Source: Alistipes sp. UBA936
Lineage (GTDB): Bacteria > Bacteroidota > Bacteroidia > Bacteroidales > Rikenellaceae
DNA: 64,000 nucleotides
NCBI GenBank assembly: GCA_002293505.1
Contig: DBDI01000030.1
Span: forward strand, 6,350-70,349
Direction of reading: 5' to 3'
Shown: positions 26,897-35,051 of the stretch, piece after piece
How positions within the stretch are numbered: the first letter of the stretch is position 1
Layout: the number at the start of each line of letters is the position of its first letter
Notes under the pieces: model-generated
The model's database searches: none
Told to the model about the DNA's origin: nothing
The model's input: only the letters and a program-made list of their open reading frames with translations
Program-made: the position numbers and the translations under genes

Positions 26897-28192
26897 ATGA
26901 AAGTATACAAGTTCGGTGGCGCGTCGGTTCGTAGCGCCGAGGGGGTTAAGAACCTGAAATACATCGTGGAGGATGAGCGCGGCGGTTTGTTCATCATCGT
27001 TTCGGCGATGGGGAAAACCACGAACGCGCTCGAAGTGGTGGTCGACCATTTTATGGCCGGCCGCCGCGCCGAGGCGCTCGCTGAGTGGACTGCTGTCGAG
27101 GCATACCACGCAACGATCATCGAGGGGCTGTTCGAGGGGCCGGGCGACTCGGGCGCAAAGGGTGCGAAAACTCCCGCTGGCGTGCAAAAACTCTACGACG
27201 AGGCTCGCGGGATCCTTTCCACTGCCACCCCGACCGAGAACGACTTCGAAAAGTGGTACGACGCTCTGGTGAGCTTCGGCGAGCTGATTTCGACTTCGAT
27301 CATCTCCGAATACCTTAATGCCGTCGGGGTTCGTAACCGTTGGGTCGATATGCGGCGCGCGATGGTCACCGACCAGAAGTTCAAATACGCCAACGTCGAT
27401 ATGGAGGCTTCGACCGTCAAACTTCGCGAGGCTGTTGCTGGTGCCGATGTGGATGTGTTCGTTGGCCAGGGCTTCATCGGCGCGACTCCCTCGGGCAAGA
27501 CCACAACCCTGGGCCGCGAGGGGTCGGACTACTCTGCCGCTGTTGTGGCCTCGATCCTCGACGCTGATAGCGTGGCAATTTGGAAGGACGTGATCGGGGT
27601 TCTGAACGCCGACCCGAAGATCTTTCCCGAGAGTACGTTCATTCCCGAGTTGACCTACCTCGACGCCGTCGAGTTGGCCTTCAGTGGTGCTCAGATCATC
27701 CACCCCAAGACGATCAAACCGCTGCAAAATAAGAACATTCCGCTTTACGTGCGTCCGTTCGGCGACAAGATGGCTCCCGGTAGCGTGATCCGCGGCCAGA
27801 TTGCTGCTCCGATCGAGGTGCCGATTCTGATCCTCAAACGTGGACAGGTGTTGTTGCAGATCCGGCCGCGCGACTACTCGTTCGTGTTGGAGGAGAAGGT
27901 TGGGGAGATTTTCCCCATCTTCGAGCAGTACAACGTGAAGGTCAATCTGGTGCAGACTTCGGCTGTGAATATGTCGTTGTCGATCGACAAGACCCGCCGT
28001 CTGGACGAGCTCACTCGCGCTCTGGAGGGCCACGGATTCTTCGTCACTCGCGACGAGGGTATGGAGTTGCTCACTATTCGCGGTTACACCGAGCCGTACC
28101 TGGAGCGTTATAGCCGCGTGCCGGGCATTTACCTCGCTCAGCGCACCCGCAAGATCCTCCGCCTGATGCGTAAAGAGGCCGGGGGCCAGTAA
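26897..28192 (+). CDS. aspartate kinase
   Basis: MKVYKFGGASV, VSAMGKTTN, GREGSDYSAA, DPKIFPE, and C-terminal ACT-like repeats. Confidence 0.9.
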   Translation: MKVYKFGGASVRSAEGVKNLKYIVEDERGGLFIIVSAMGKTTNALEVVVDHFMAGRRAEALAEWTAVEAYHATIIEGLFEGPGDSGAKGAKTPAGVQKLYDEARGILSTATPTENDFEKWYDALVSFGELISTSIISEYLNAVGVRNRWVDMRRAMVTDQKFKYANVDMEASTVKLREAVAGADVDVFVGQGFIGATPSGKTTTLGREGSDYSAAVVASILDADSVAIWKDVIGVLNADPKIFPESTFIPELTYLDAVELAFSGAQIIHPKTIKPLQNKNIPLYVRPFGDKMAPGSVIRGQIAAPIEVPILILKRGQVLLQIRPRDYSFVLEEKVGEIFPIFEQYNVKVNLVQTSAVNMSLSIDKTRRLDELTRALEGHGFFVTRDEGMELLTIRGYTEPYLERYSRVPGIYLAQRTRKILRLMRKEAGGQ

Positions 28193-28279
28193 CATAGGGG
28201 CAGGGTTGCGGCAGAGTGAGCAGAGGGCGGTTGGGGTGCCGGAGTCGCTTGAGGTACTGCCGCCTGCCGTGGCCCGGGG

Positions 28280-29437
28280 TTAGAACACCCTCTCCAGGGT
28301 CACGTTTCCGTCCACATCGACGGTTCGTACGTTCACGCCTGCCGAAGAGACTCTCACCAGAGAGGCGCTGCGATTGTCGTTCACCACGACCGGGAAGTCC
28401 CTATCCTCCTGCGGCTCGAAGAGCATCTGGCGGTGGGTGTGCCCACACATCATCACATCCACCCCGGCTCCGTTCAGTACCGGTACGAAGAAGTCGTACA
28501 CTTGTTGCGTTCCGCCGTCCAGTTCGCGATAGCGATCCTCGTCGGCTTCTGCACGGTCGATTGGCGGTATGTGTATCATCACTACCCGATGCCCCGCCGA
28601 GCGGAACTCGTCGCTCTCCACCACTCCCTTTAGCCACTCGGCTTGCCGGGCACGATAGTCGTAGAAGTCGACCAGTCCTGCATATACCGGATGGCTGTCG
28701 GGCTTGTCTTCGCCGCAGTCCAATACCACGACCGCCGTGTCGCCTACCTTGTACAAGCCGTAGTACTCCCCGTTCGGCCGATAAACATAGTTGTGATATT
28801 CTCTGGCCAGCGCCCCCCTCGTCTCGTGGTTGCCTCGGATGGCCACAAAAGGCTTTCCCGTAGCGAACATCTCCACCGAGGCGTCGATGTATGCGGGGTA
28901 TAGTTGGTCGGGTTCGACGAAGTAATCTACCGTGTCGCCGTTCAGGAACACCGTCTGCACCTCCTCCATCGGCAGATGCACCAACAGCGTTGTGTACTTC
29001 TCTGCGTCGCCGTGGATATCGCTCACCACAGCGAAGGTGTACTCCTTCGCTCTCGGGTCGACCGTTCGAAAGCTGTACCACGGCGAGGTGATGCTGTCTC
29101 CGTAGGTCACCTTGTAGGGCTGAAAATCGACCATCTCTTTCGACACCATCCTGTACTCATACTCCGTGCCCGGCCTCAAGTCCTCCAGTCGGATCGCATT
29201 GCGGGTGTTGTAGGCTTCGATGAGACCGTGTCGGGTCGTGACGTAGCGCCGAGCCTCCGCGGACGAGCCTTTCTCGCGCGCCTCGACCCACGAGAACCCC
29301 CTCCCCGAGGTTGTGAAATAGATACTCGCCTCGCCTTCGGTCACTCCCTGAAGATATGGCCCGTGGTTGAACGTGTGTTGTGCTGTTGCACCGGCGGCGA
29401 CAAATAACGCGGCCAGCAAAAGGGTTAGTTTTTTCAT
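28280..29437 (-). CDS. secreted metallophosphoesterase (purple-acid-phosphatase-like)
   Basis: Signal peptide, an N-terminal FN3-like domain (PGTEYEYR), VVSDIHGD, GNHE and GHTH metallophosphoesterase motifs. Confidence 0.8.
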   Translation of the reverse strand: MKKLTLLLAALFVAAGATAQHTFNHGPYLQGVTEGEASIYFTTSGRGFSWVEAREKGSSAEARRYVTTRHGLIEAYNTRNAIRLEDLRPGTEYEYRMVSKEMVDFQPYKVTYGDSITSPWYSFRTVDPRAKEYTFAVVSDIHGDAEKYTTLLVHLPMEEVQTVFLNGDTVDYFVEPDQLYPAYIDASVEMFATGKPFVAIRGNHETRGALAREYHNYVYRPNGEYYGLYKVGDTAVVVLDCGEDKPDSHPVYAGLVDFYDYRARQAEWLKGVVESDEFRSAGHRVVMIHIPPIDRAEADEDRYRELDGGTQQVYDFFVPVLNGAGVDVMMCGHTHRQMLFEPQEDRDFPVVVNDNRSASLVRVSSAGVNVRTVDVDGNVTLERVF

Positions 29438-29441
29438 ATTT

Positions 29442-31217
29442 TTATTGTGATATCGCCACCAACTGCTCTCTGTACGCGGCCAGTATCCTCGACTTGGAGA
29501 TGAATCCCAGATAGTGTCCCTGTTTGTCGACCACCGGCAGCATCCACGTTCCCACCTCGTCGAACCTCTCCAACACTTCGGCCACCTGTTCGTTCGACAG
29601 TATTCGATCCGGCGGTGGGATCATATAGTGGGTTATGGGTGTGTCGTACTTTTCGGGCGTGAACATATCTCGCCTCAGGTCGTCCAGTTGCACCACACCC
29701 AGCAGTATATCCGTCTCGTCCACCACCGGAAAGATATTTCGCCTGGCGCTTGCAACTATCTTCACCAGGTCACCCAGCGTATAGCTGCGGTCGATCTTCA
29801 GGAAGTCGGTCTCCATCAGCGCCTTCAACTCTAAGAACACCATCACCGATGCATCCTTGTCGTGGCTCAACAGTTCTCCCTTTTGCCTGAGTTGCTTTGT
29901 GTAGATCGAGTCGGGGTCGAGATAGTAGTCTATCACGAACGAGATTGCCGTGGTAATCATCAACGGTATGAACAGCCCATAGCCGTTCGACAGCTCGGCT
30001 ATGAGGAATATCGAGGTCAAGGGCGCCTTCATCACACCGGCCATCACTCCCGCCATCCCTACCAGCGTAAACGACACCAGCGGCAGACTCATCCCGAAGA
30101 ATGTATTGCACACGAATGCCATAGCCGCTCCGGTGAACGCTCCCACAAACAGTGACGGTGCGAACGTTCCACCCACTCCTCCCGCGGCATTCGTCGTCGC
30201 CATCGCCACGACCTTCAACAGCAGAGTCGCAACCAGAAAAGCCACCACCACCCACGGCACCCCTCTGTAATCCGAAAACAGCGACCCCTCGAACAGCGTA
30301 TCCATCCGCCCGTGCATCAGCTCGGCCAGTGCCTCGTACCCCTCGCCATAGAGCGGCGGAAACAGAAACAACAGCACACCCAACACCGCTCCTCCGACCA
30401 CCCATCGTTTCCAGCTGCGGTCGAGCTTCCGGCGGAAGAATCCCCCCACGGCTCCGTTGACCGACGTGAAGTAGTACGCCACCAGTCCGCACGCCACCCC
30501 CAGGGCGATGTACATCGGAATATTCCCTATCTTGAACACCTCCGGCACATTCACCGCGATCAGCGGGTCGAAACCCCTCAGCGCGAATGCCAGCGTGGTG
30601 CCTGTGATCGTTGCCAACAGTAGCGGGATGATCGACATCGCGGTCATCTCCAGCATCAGTATCTCCAGCACGAAGACCAGCCCTGCGATCGGCGCTTTAA
30701 AAATAGCCGCCACAGCCGCCCCCGCCCCGCAACACAACAGCAGCGTTGTCTGCCGGTAGTTGAGCCTCGCCAGCCGTCCCACGTTCGAACCTATCGCCGC
30801 ACCGGTCAGTACTATCGGCGCCTCGGGCCCGACCGAGCCCCCGAAACCGATGGTCGTCGCTCCTCCCACTATGGAGGTCCAGGTGTTGTGGCCCTTGATT
30901 CGCGAACTCTTCTTGCTCATCGCATATAGCACCCGCGTAACACCCTCCGAGATATCGTCCTTGACCACGTAGCGCACAAACAGCGACACTATTATAATCC
31001 CGATCGCAGGGTAGACCAGATATAACCAGCTCAGACTCTCACCCGGAAACCAGCTCGTGAGCGCCTGCCTCACCCAGTGCAGCAACAGCTCGAACAGCCA
31101 CGTCCCGATACCCGCCAACAACCCCACCACCACGGCCAGGATCATCATCACCTGCCGGTCGGTCAGCCTCCGTGTCGCCCGTAGAAACCTGTGGTATATC
31201 GTGTCGTGCCGCTTCAT
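29442..31217 (-). CDS. ClC family voltage-gated chloride channel with C-terminal CBS pair
   Basis: GSVGPEAP (selectivity-filter motif), GAGAAVAAIFKAPI, GGVGGTFAPSLF, then two CBS-like repeats (...NIFPVVDE...; ...WMLPVVDKQGHYLGFIS). Confidence 0.9.
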   Translation of the reverse strand: MKRHDTIYHRFLRATRRLTDRQVMMILAVVVGLLAGIGTWLFELLLHWVRQALTSWFPGESLSWLYLVYPAIGIIIVSLFVRYVVKDDISEGVTRVLYAMSKKSSRIKGHNTWTSIVGGATTIGFGGSVGPEAPIVLTGAAIGSNVGRLARLNYRQTTLLLCCGAGAAVAAIFKAPIAGLVFVLEILMLEMTAMSIIPLLLATITGTTLAFALRGFDPLIAVNVPEVFKIGNIPMYIALGVACGLVAYYFTSVNGAVGGFFRRKLDRSWKRWVVGGAVLGVLLFLFPPLYGEGYEALAELMHGRMDTLFEGSLFSDYRGVPWVVVAFLVATLLLKVVAMATTNAAGGVGGTFAPSLFVGAFTGAAMAFVCNTFFGMSLPLVSFTLVGMAGVMAGVMKAPLTSIFLIAELSNGYGLFIPLMITTAISFVIDYYLDPDSIYTKQLRQKGELLSHDKDASVMVFLELKALMETDFLKIDRSYTLGDLVKIVASARRNIFPVVDETDILLGVVQLDDLRRDMFTPEKYDTPITHYMIPPPDRILSNEQVAEVLERFDEVGTWMLPVVDKQGHYLGFISKSRILAAYREQLVAISQ

Positions 31218-31221
31218 TTTA

Positions 31222-32166
31222 TTAAAATGGCAATTGTTGTTTGTTCTTCGAAAACGTCGCGGATATTATTTGCAATATTTTTTGAGGCAAATCTAAAATA
31301 TTCGATTCTATCTCGGATTTCAATTTTACTTGTCTGGGATTGCCGTATGATGTGATTTCAGATACTTCTACGTATTGCCTCATTTGAAGTCGACCTACTA
31401 CTCCCTGAAAATTGCTTGATAATTTGTTGTTTAAATCGTTGATCTCCTCCCAGCGTTTAATCTTGGCTATTTGAGAATCTTCCCGCCAACCCACATCTAA
31501 CCTTGCATTCCCAGCGTCAATCATATACTGTATGAGTAGTAATTCATCGTCCTTTAATTTCCTATTTTCAACATCCGATATAAATTTTGAATACGGGTCT
31601 TTAGTTTCGCTTTTTTCAGCAGTTCGAGAAACATCGGAAACAGTAATTGCAGTTCCACTAACTACTTGTCCAACATTAACTGTATTTACTTCTTCCCCTA
31701 TTGTCTTGAGATATTTTTTGACTTGCTGATTAATTATTACAGAGTTTTTCGAAAGGTTAAATTTTTCCTCCAACTGCTGTATGAAAGATAGTAGTCGTTC
31801 TTCATTATTAAGATAAAAGCCTATTTCCCGTGGATCTAAAGCGCCGCTTCTGAACTCTTTGCAATCAATATCAAAATCTGGGACGAAAAGTACGGCGTGT
31901 TCGCTTTCCACAATCCACGCTGCCCCCATTTCATTTAAGCAGGCTACGCTTTTATAGTATTCGGCAGAAAGCAAATATATCACAAATGGCTTATCATCTA
32001 TCTGGGATTTTAACCAATTAAATATGTTTTGTCCTACGGGAATTCCATATGCCGTGTTGCTTGTGAATATGATTTCATCATCATTAACACCAATGCCTCG
32101 TAGCAAATCAATTATGGCCTCACCATAGTCCTTGTTCGCCGACGAATGAGATATAAAAATTTTCAT
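31222..32166 (-). CDS. TIR domain-containing protein with unknown C-terminal domain
   Basis: MKIFISHSS...FVIYLLSAEYYKSVACLNEMGAAW (TIR_2-like, with a putative catalytic Glu at about residue 79). About 125 C-terminal residues are unassignable. G+C is roughly 27-28% in the lines I counted, against about 65% next door. Confidence 0.8.
   Translation of the reverse strand: MKIFISHSSANKDYGEAIIDLLRGIGVNDDEIIFTSNTAYGIPVGQNIFNWLKSQIDDKPFVIYLLSAEYYKSVACLNEMGAAWIVESEHAVLFVPDFDIDCKEFRSGALDPREIGFYLNNEERLLSFIQQLEEKFNLSKNSVIINQQVKKYLKTIGEEVNTVNVGQVVSGTAITVSDVSRTAEKSETKDPYSKFISDVENRKLKDDELLLIQYMIDAGNARLDVGWREDSQIAKIKRWEEINDLNNKLSSNFQGVVGRLQMRQYVEVSEITSYGNPRQVKLKSEIESNILDLPQKILQIISATFSKNKQQLPF
31222..32166. 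other. AT-rich single-gene insertion (putative horizontally acquired islet)
   Basis: The composition switches abruptly at both gene boundaries. There are no integrase, tRNA or repeat scars. Confidence 0.6.
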
Positions 32167-32194
32167 CTTGTTGAAAGCAGAATATTGTGTTCAA

Positions 32195-33190
32195 CTAAAA
32201 CCTTTTTATCCCCATTATCTCCCGCACATCTGCCAGCGTTGCTGCCGAGCTCTCTCTCGCACGCTCCGCCCCTTCCGAGGTTACCCGATGCAGATACGCT
32301 TCGTCGGCCCGGATTGCTTCGATGCGCTCGCGGATTGGCGCCACCACAGCCACGATGTCCTCTGCCAGTTGCTTTTTCAGATCTCCGTAGCGAATCTCAC
32401 AGCGATTATATGTATCCGTAAAATGTGCTACAACCTCGGGCGCCGACACCAGCCGCAATAGCGTGAACAGATTTGCTACCGGCTCGCTCATCGGCGCTCC
32501 TGGCTCGGCCGGCCCGCTGTCCGACACCGCTCTCATAACCTTTTTGCGAATATCCGCGTCGCTGTCCGAAAGATACAGCCCGTTGCCCTCGCTCTTGCCC
32601 ATCTTTCCACTCCCGTCCAAGCCCGGAACCTTCACCAACTCCGTCCCGAAATTGTACGCCGTCGGCTCCTTGAAATACTCCACCCCGTAGAAGCTGTTGA
32701 ACCGCCTCGCATAGACCCGTGTGAGTTCCAGATGTTGCTCCTGATCCTTTCCCACCGGCACTTTGTCTGCCCTGTGTTGTAGTATGTCTGCCGCCATCAG
32801 TACCGGATAGGTCAGCAGACCCGCGTTCACATTCTGTGGTTGCTTTCGTATCTTGTCCTTGAACGATGCTGTTCGCTCCAGCTCTCCCACCGGCGCGTGC
32901 ATACTTAGCAGCATCGACAGTTCGGCCACCTGCGGCACGTCGCTCTGTACATATATCGTCGCCACTTCCGGATCGAGCCCCGCGGCCAGATACTCTGCCA
33001 GTACATCGCGTATGTTGTCGTGCATTGACGCCGGGTCGGGATGGGTGGTTAGCGAATGGTAGTCGGCGATGAAGAAGAAGCATCGCGCCTCGTGTTGCAT
33101 TCTCACGAAATTGCGTAGCGCTCCGAAATAGTTTCCCAGATGCAGTCGCCCCGTGGGGCGTATTCCACTTAGTACGGTTTCCATTTTCAT
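32195..33190 (-). CDS. trpS: tryptophan--tRNA ligase
   Basis: SGIRPTGRLHLGNYFGA (HIGH-class) and GKMGKSEGN (KMSKS). About 330 aa. Confidence 0.95.
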   Translation of the reverse strand: MKMETVLSGIRPTGRLHLGNYFGALRNFVRMQHEARCFFFIADYHSLTTHPDPASMHDNIRDVLAEYLAAGLDPEVATIYVQSDVPQVAELSMLLSMHAPVGELERTASFKDKIRKQPQNVNAGLLTYPVLMAADILQHRADKVPVGKDQEQHLELTRVYARRFNSFYGVEYFKEPTAYNFGTELVKVPGLDGSGKMGKSEGNGLYLSDSDADIRKKVMRAVSDSGPAEPGAPMSEPVANLFTLLRLVSAPEVVAHFTDTYNRCEIRYGDLKKQLAEDIVAVVAPIRERIEAIRADEAYLHRVTSEGAERARESSAATLADVREIMGIKRF

Positions 33191-33194
33191 TGCG

Positions 33195-33221
33195 CAAAGA
33201 TAGTGATTTTTTGTATCTTTG
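33195..33221. promoter_or_regulatory. divergent pair of -7 boxes for trpS (minus) and the ABC exporter (plus)
   Basis: caaagata at 33195-33202 (minus strand tatctttg, 4 nt from the trpS ATG) and tatctttg at 33214-33221 (6 nt from the ATG at 33228). Confidence 0.5.
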
Positions 33222-33227
33222 TCCGCT

Positions 33228-35051
33228 ATGAATACCTACTGGAAACTGTTGCAGTTCGGCCGGCCGCTCGAAAAGTACGCCATTCCGTATTTCTTCTACA
33301 CGTTGCTCTACGCCGTGTTCAATGTGCTTAACTTCACGCTCGTGATCCCCATCTTGAACATCCTGTTCGGATTGTCGGAGAGCGCTCTGGTCACCTCCGC
33401 TCCCGCGTTCGAGTTCTCTGCCGACTACCTTGGTCAGCTCGTCAGCTTCCTTGTTTACCGCTTTTTCGGCGCGGTGCCCGACGCCACATCCGTGCTTATT
33501 TTCGTTGCCCTGTTGCTCGTCGTTAGCGCCTGCCTGAGTAACCTGTTCCGCTATCTGGGGCAATACACCATAGAAAATCTTCGTATCAACACGGTCCGTC
33601 GAATGCGTAACACGATGTACGACAAGGTTCTGAGCCTCAACGTGGGTTATTTTTCCAACGAGCGTAAGGGCGACATAATATCGAAGTTTTCGGCCGACGT
33701 GACGATGGTTCAGCAGGCCATTTCCAGTACCCTTCAGGTGATCTTCCGCGAGCCGTTGCTCGTGATATCTTACTTCGTCGTGATGATCGGCATTTCGTGG
33801 AAGTTGACTGTTTTCGCCGTCGTGTTCCTCCCTCTGGTGGCTTTCGTTATCGGTTCCATCGTCCGCCAACTTCGCCGTCCTGCTCGCGCTGCTCAGCAGG
33901 AGTTGGGTCAGATGACCAGCCAGTTGGACGAATCGCTCTCCGGCATCAAGATCATCAAGAGTTATAACGCCGAGAGTTACTCCGACGGTAAGTACCGCGC
34001 GATGAACGACATCTACTCTCGCCTGATGCGTTCGATGGCTCGTCGCCAACAGATGGCCTCGCCCCTGAGCGAGTTTCTTGGTATTTCGGCTGTTGCTGTG
34101 TTGATGGTCTTCGGGGCGTCGTTGGTATTCCGGGGCGAGTTGGGTGGGGTGGAGTTCATCGTCTACATCGGTATCTTCTCTCAGATTACCCGCCCTGTTC
34201 GCGCTTTCGCCGATGCTTTCGGTACTATCAACCAGGGTATCGCTGCTGGCGAACGTGTGTTTGCTCTTCTGGACACTCCCTCCGGTATCACCGACCGTCC
34301 TCACGCCCGCGCTCTGGACAGGTTCACCGAGGGGATTGAGTTTCGCGACGTTCACTTCCGTTACGAGGACCGCGAGATCATCCGCGGCGTCTCTTTCTCC
34401 GTTCGTAAAGGCGAGACCGTGGCTCTTGTTGGCCCTTCCGGCGGTGGTAAGTCCACTCTTAGCGACCTTGTTCCTCGCTTCTACGACCCTCAGTCGGGCT
34501 CCGTGCTCATCGACGGCCACGATGTTCGCGATTACACTATGGCCAGTATCCGCTCCCACCTCGGGATGGTTGCTCAGGAGACCGTGCTGTTCAACGACAC
34601 CATCGCCAATAACATTCGCCTCGGGGTTCCTGACGCTTCGTTGGAGGAGGTGGTTCGCGCTGCCAAGATCGCCAACGCCCACGACTTCATTATGGAAACC
34701 GAGTCGGGTTACCAGACCAACATCGGCGACCGCGGGGTTAAGCTCTCCGGCGGCCAGCGCCAGCGCCTTTCGATTGCTCGCGCTGTTTTGAAGAACCCCG
34801 ACATTCTGATCCTCGACGAGGCGACTTCGGCGCTCGACACCGAGAGTGAAAAACTGGTTCAGGCAGCTCTTGAAACTCTGCTCGCCGGTCGTACTTCTAT
34901 CGTCATCGCCCACCGGCTCAGTACCATCCAGTCTGCCGACCGTATCATAGTCATCGAGGCCGGTTCCATAATCGAGTCCGGTACTCACGACGAGTTGATG
35001 AAAAAAGGCGGACTTTACGCCCGCCTTGTCGAGTTGCAATCTGTAAGTTAA
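33228..35051 (+). CDS. ABC transporter ATP-binding protein/permease (MsbA-like lipid exporter)
   Basis: Six-TM ABC_membrane domain, Walker A GPSGGGKST, LSGGQRQRLSIARA, ILILDEATSALD. The ATG at 33228 is preferred to the TTG at 33219. Confidence 0.9.
   Translation: MNTYWKLLQFGRPLEKYAIPYFFYTLLYAVFNVLNFTLVIPILNILFGLSESALVTSAPAFEFSADYLGQLVSFLVYRFFGAVPDATSVLIFVALLLVVSACLSNLFRYLGQYTIENLRINTVRRMRNTMYDKVLSLNVGYFSNERKGDIISKFSADVTMVQQAISSTLQVIFREPLLVISYFVVMIGISWKLTVFAVVFLPLVAFVIGSIVRQLRRPARAAQQELGQMTSQLDESLSGIKIIKSYNAESYSDGKYRAMNDIYSRLMRSMARRQQMASPLSEFLGISAVAVLMVFGASLVFRGELGGVEFIVYIGIFSQITRPVRAFADAFGTINQGIAAGERVFALLDTPSGITDRPHARALDRFTEGIEFRDVHFRYEDREIIRGVSFSVRKGETVALVGPSGGGKSTLSDLVPRFYDPQSGSVLIDGHDVRDYTMASIRSHLGMVAQETVLFNDTIANNIRLGVPDASLEEVVRAAKIANAHDFIMETESGYQTNIGDRGVKLSGGQRQRLSIARAVLKNPDILILDEATSALDTESEKLVQAALETLLAGRTSIVIAHRLSTIQSADRIIVIEAGSIIESGTHDELMKKGGLYARLVELQSVS

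Noticed and set aside
26870-28195. 441-aa minus-strand ORF
   Set aside because: It is exactly antisense to aspartate kinase, which has canonical motifs. The product is motif-free and Arg/Leu/Val-rich, so this is a shadow ORF.
32406-35039. 877-aa ORF on the minus strand, the longest ORF in the track
   Set aside because: It lies antisense to the well-supported ABC exporter and runs into trpS. The translation is low-complexity and Arg/Gly/Ala/Val-rich with no motifs, typical of a GC-driven shadow ORF.
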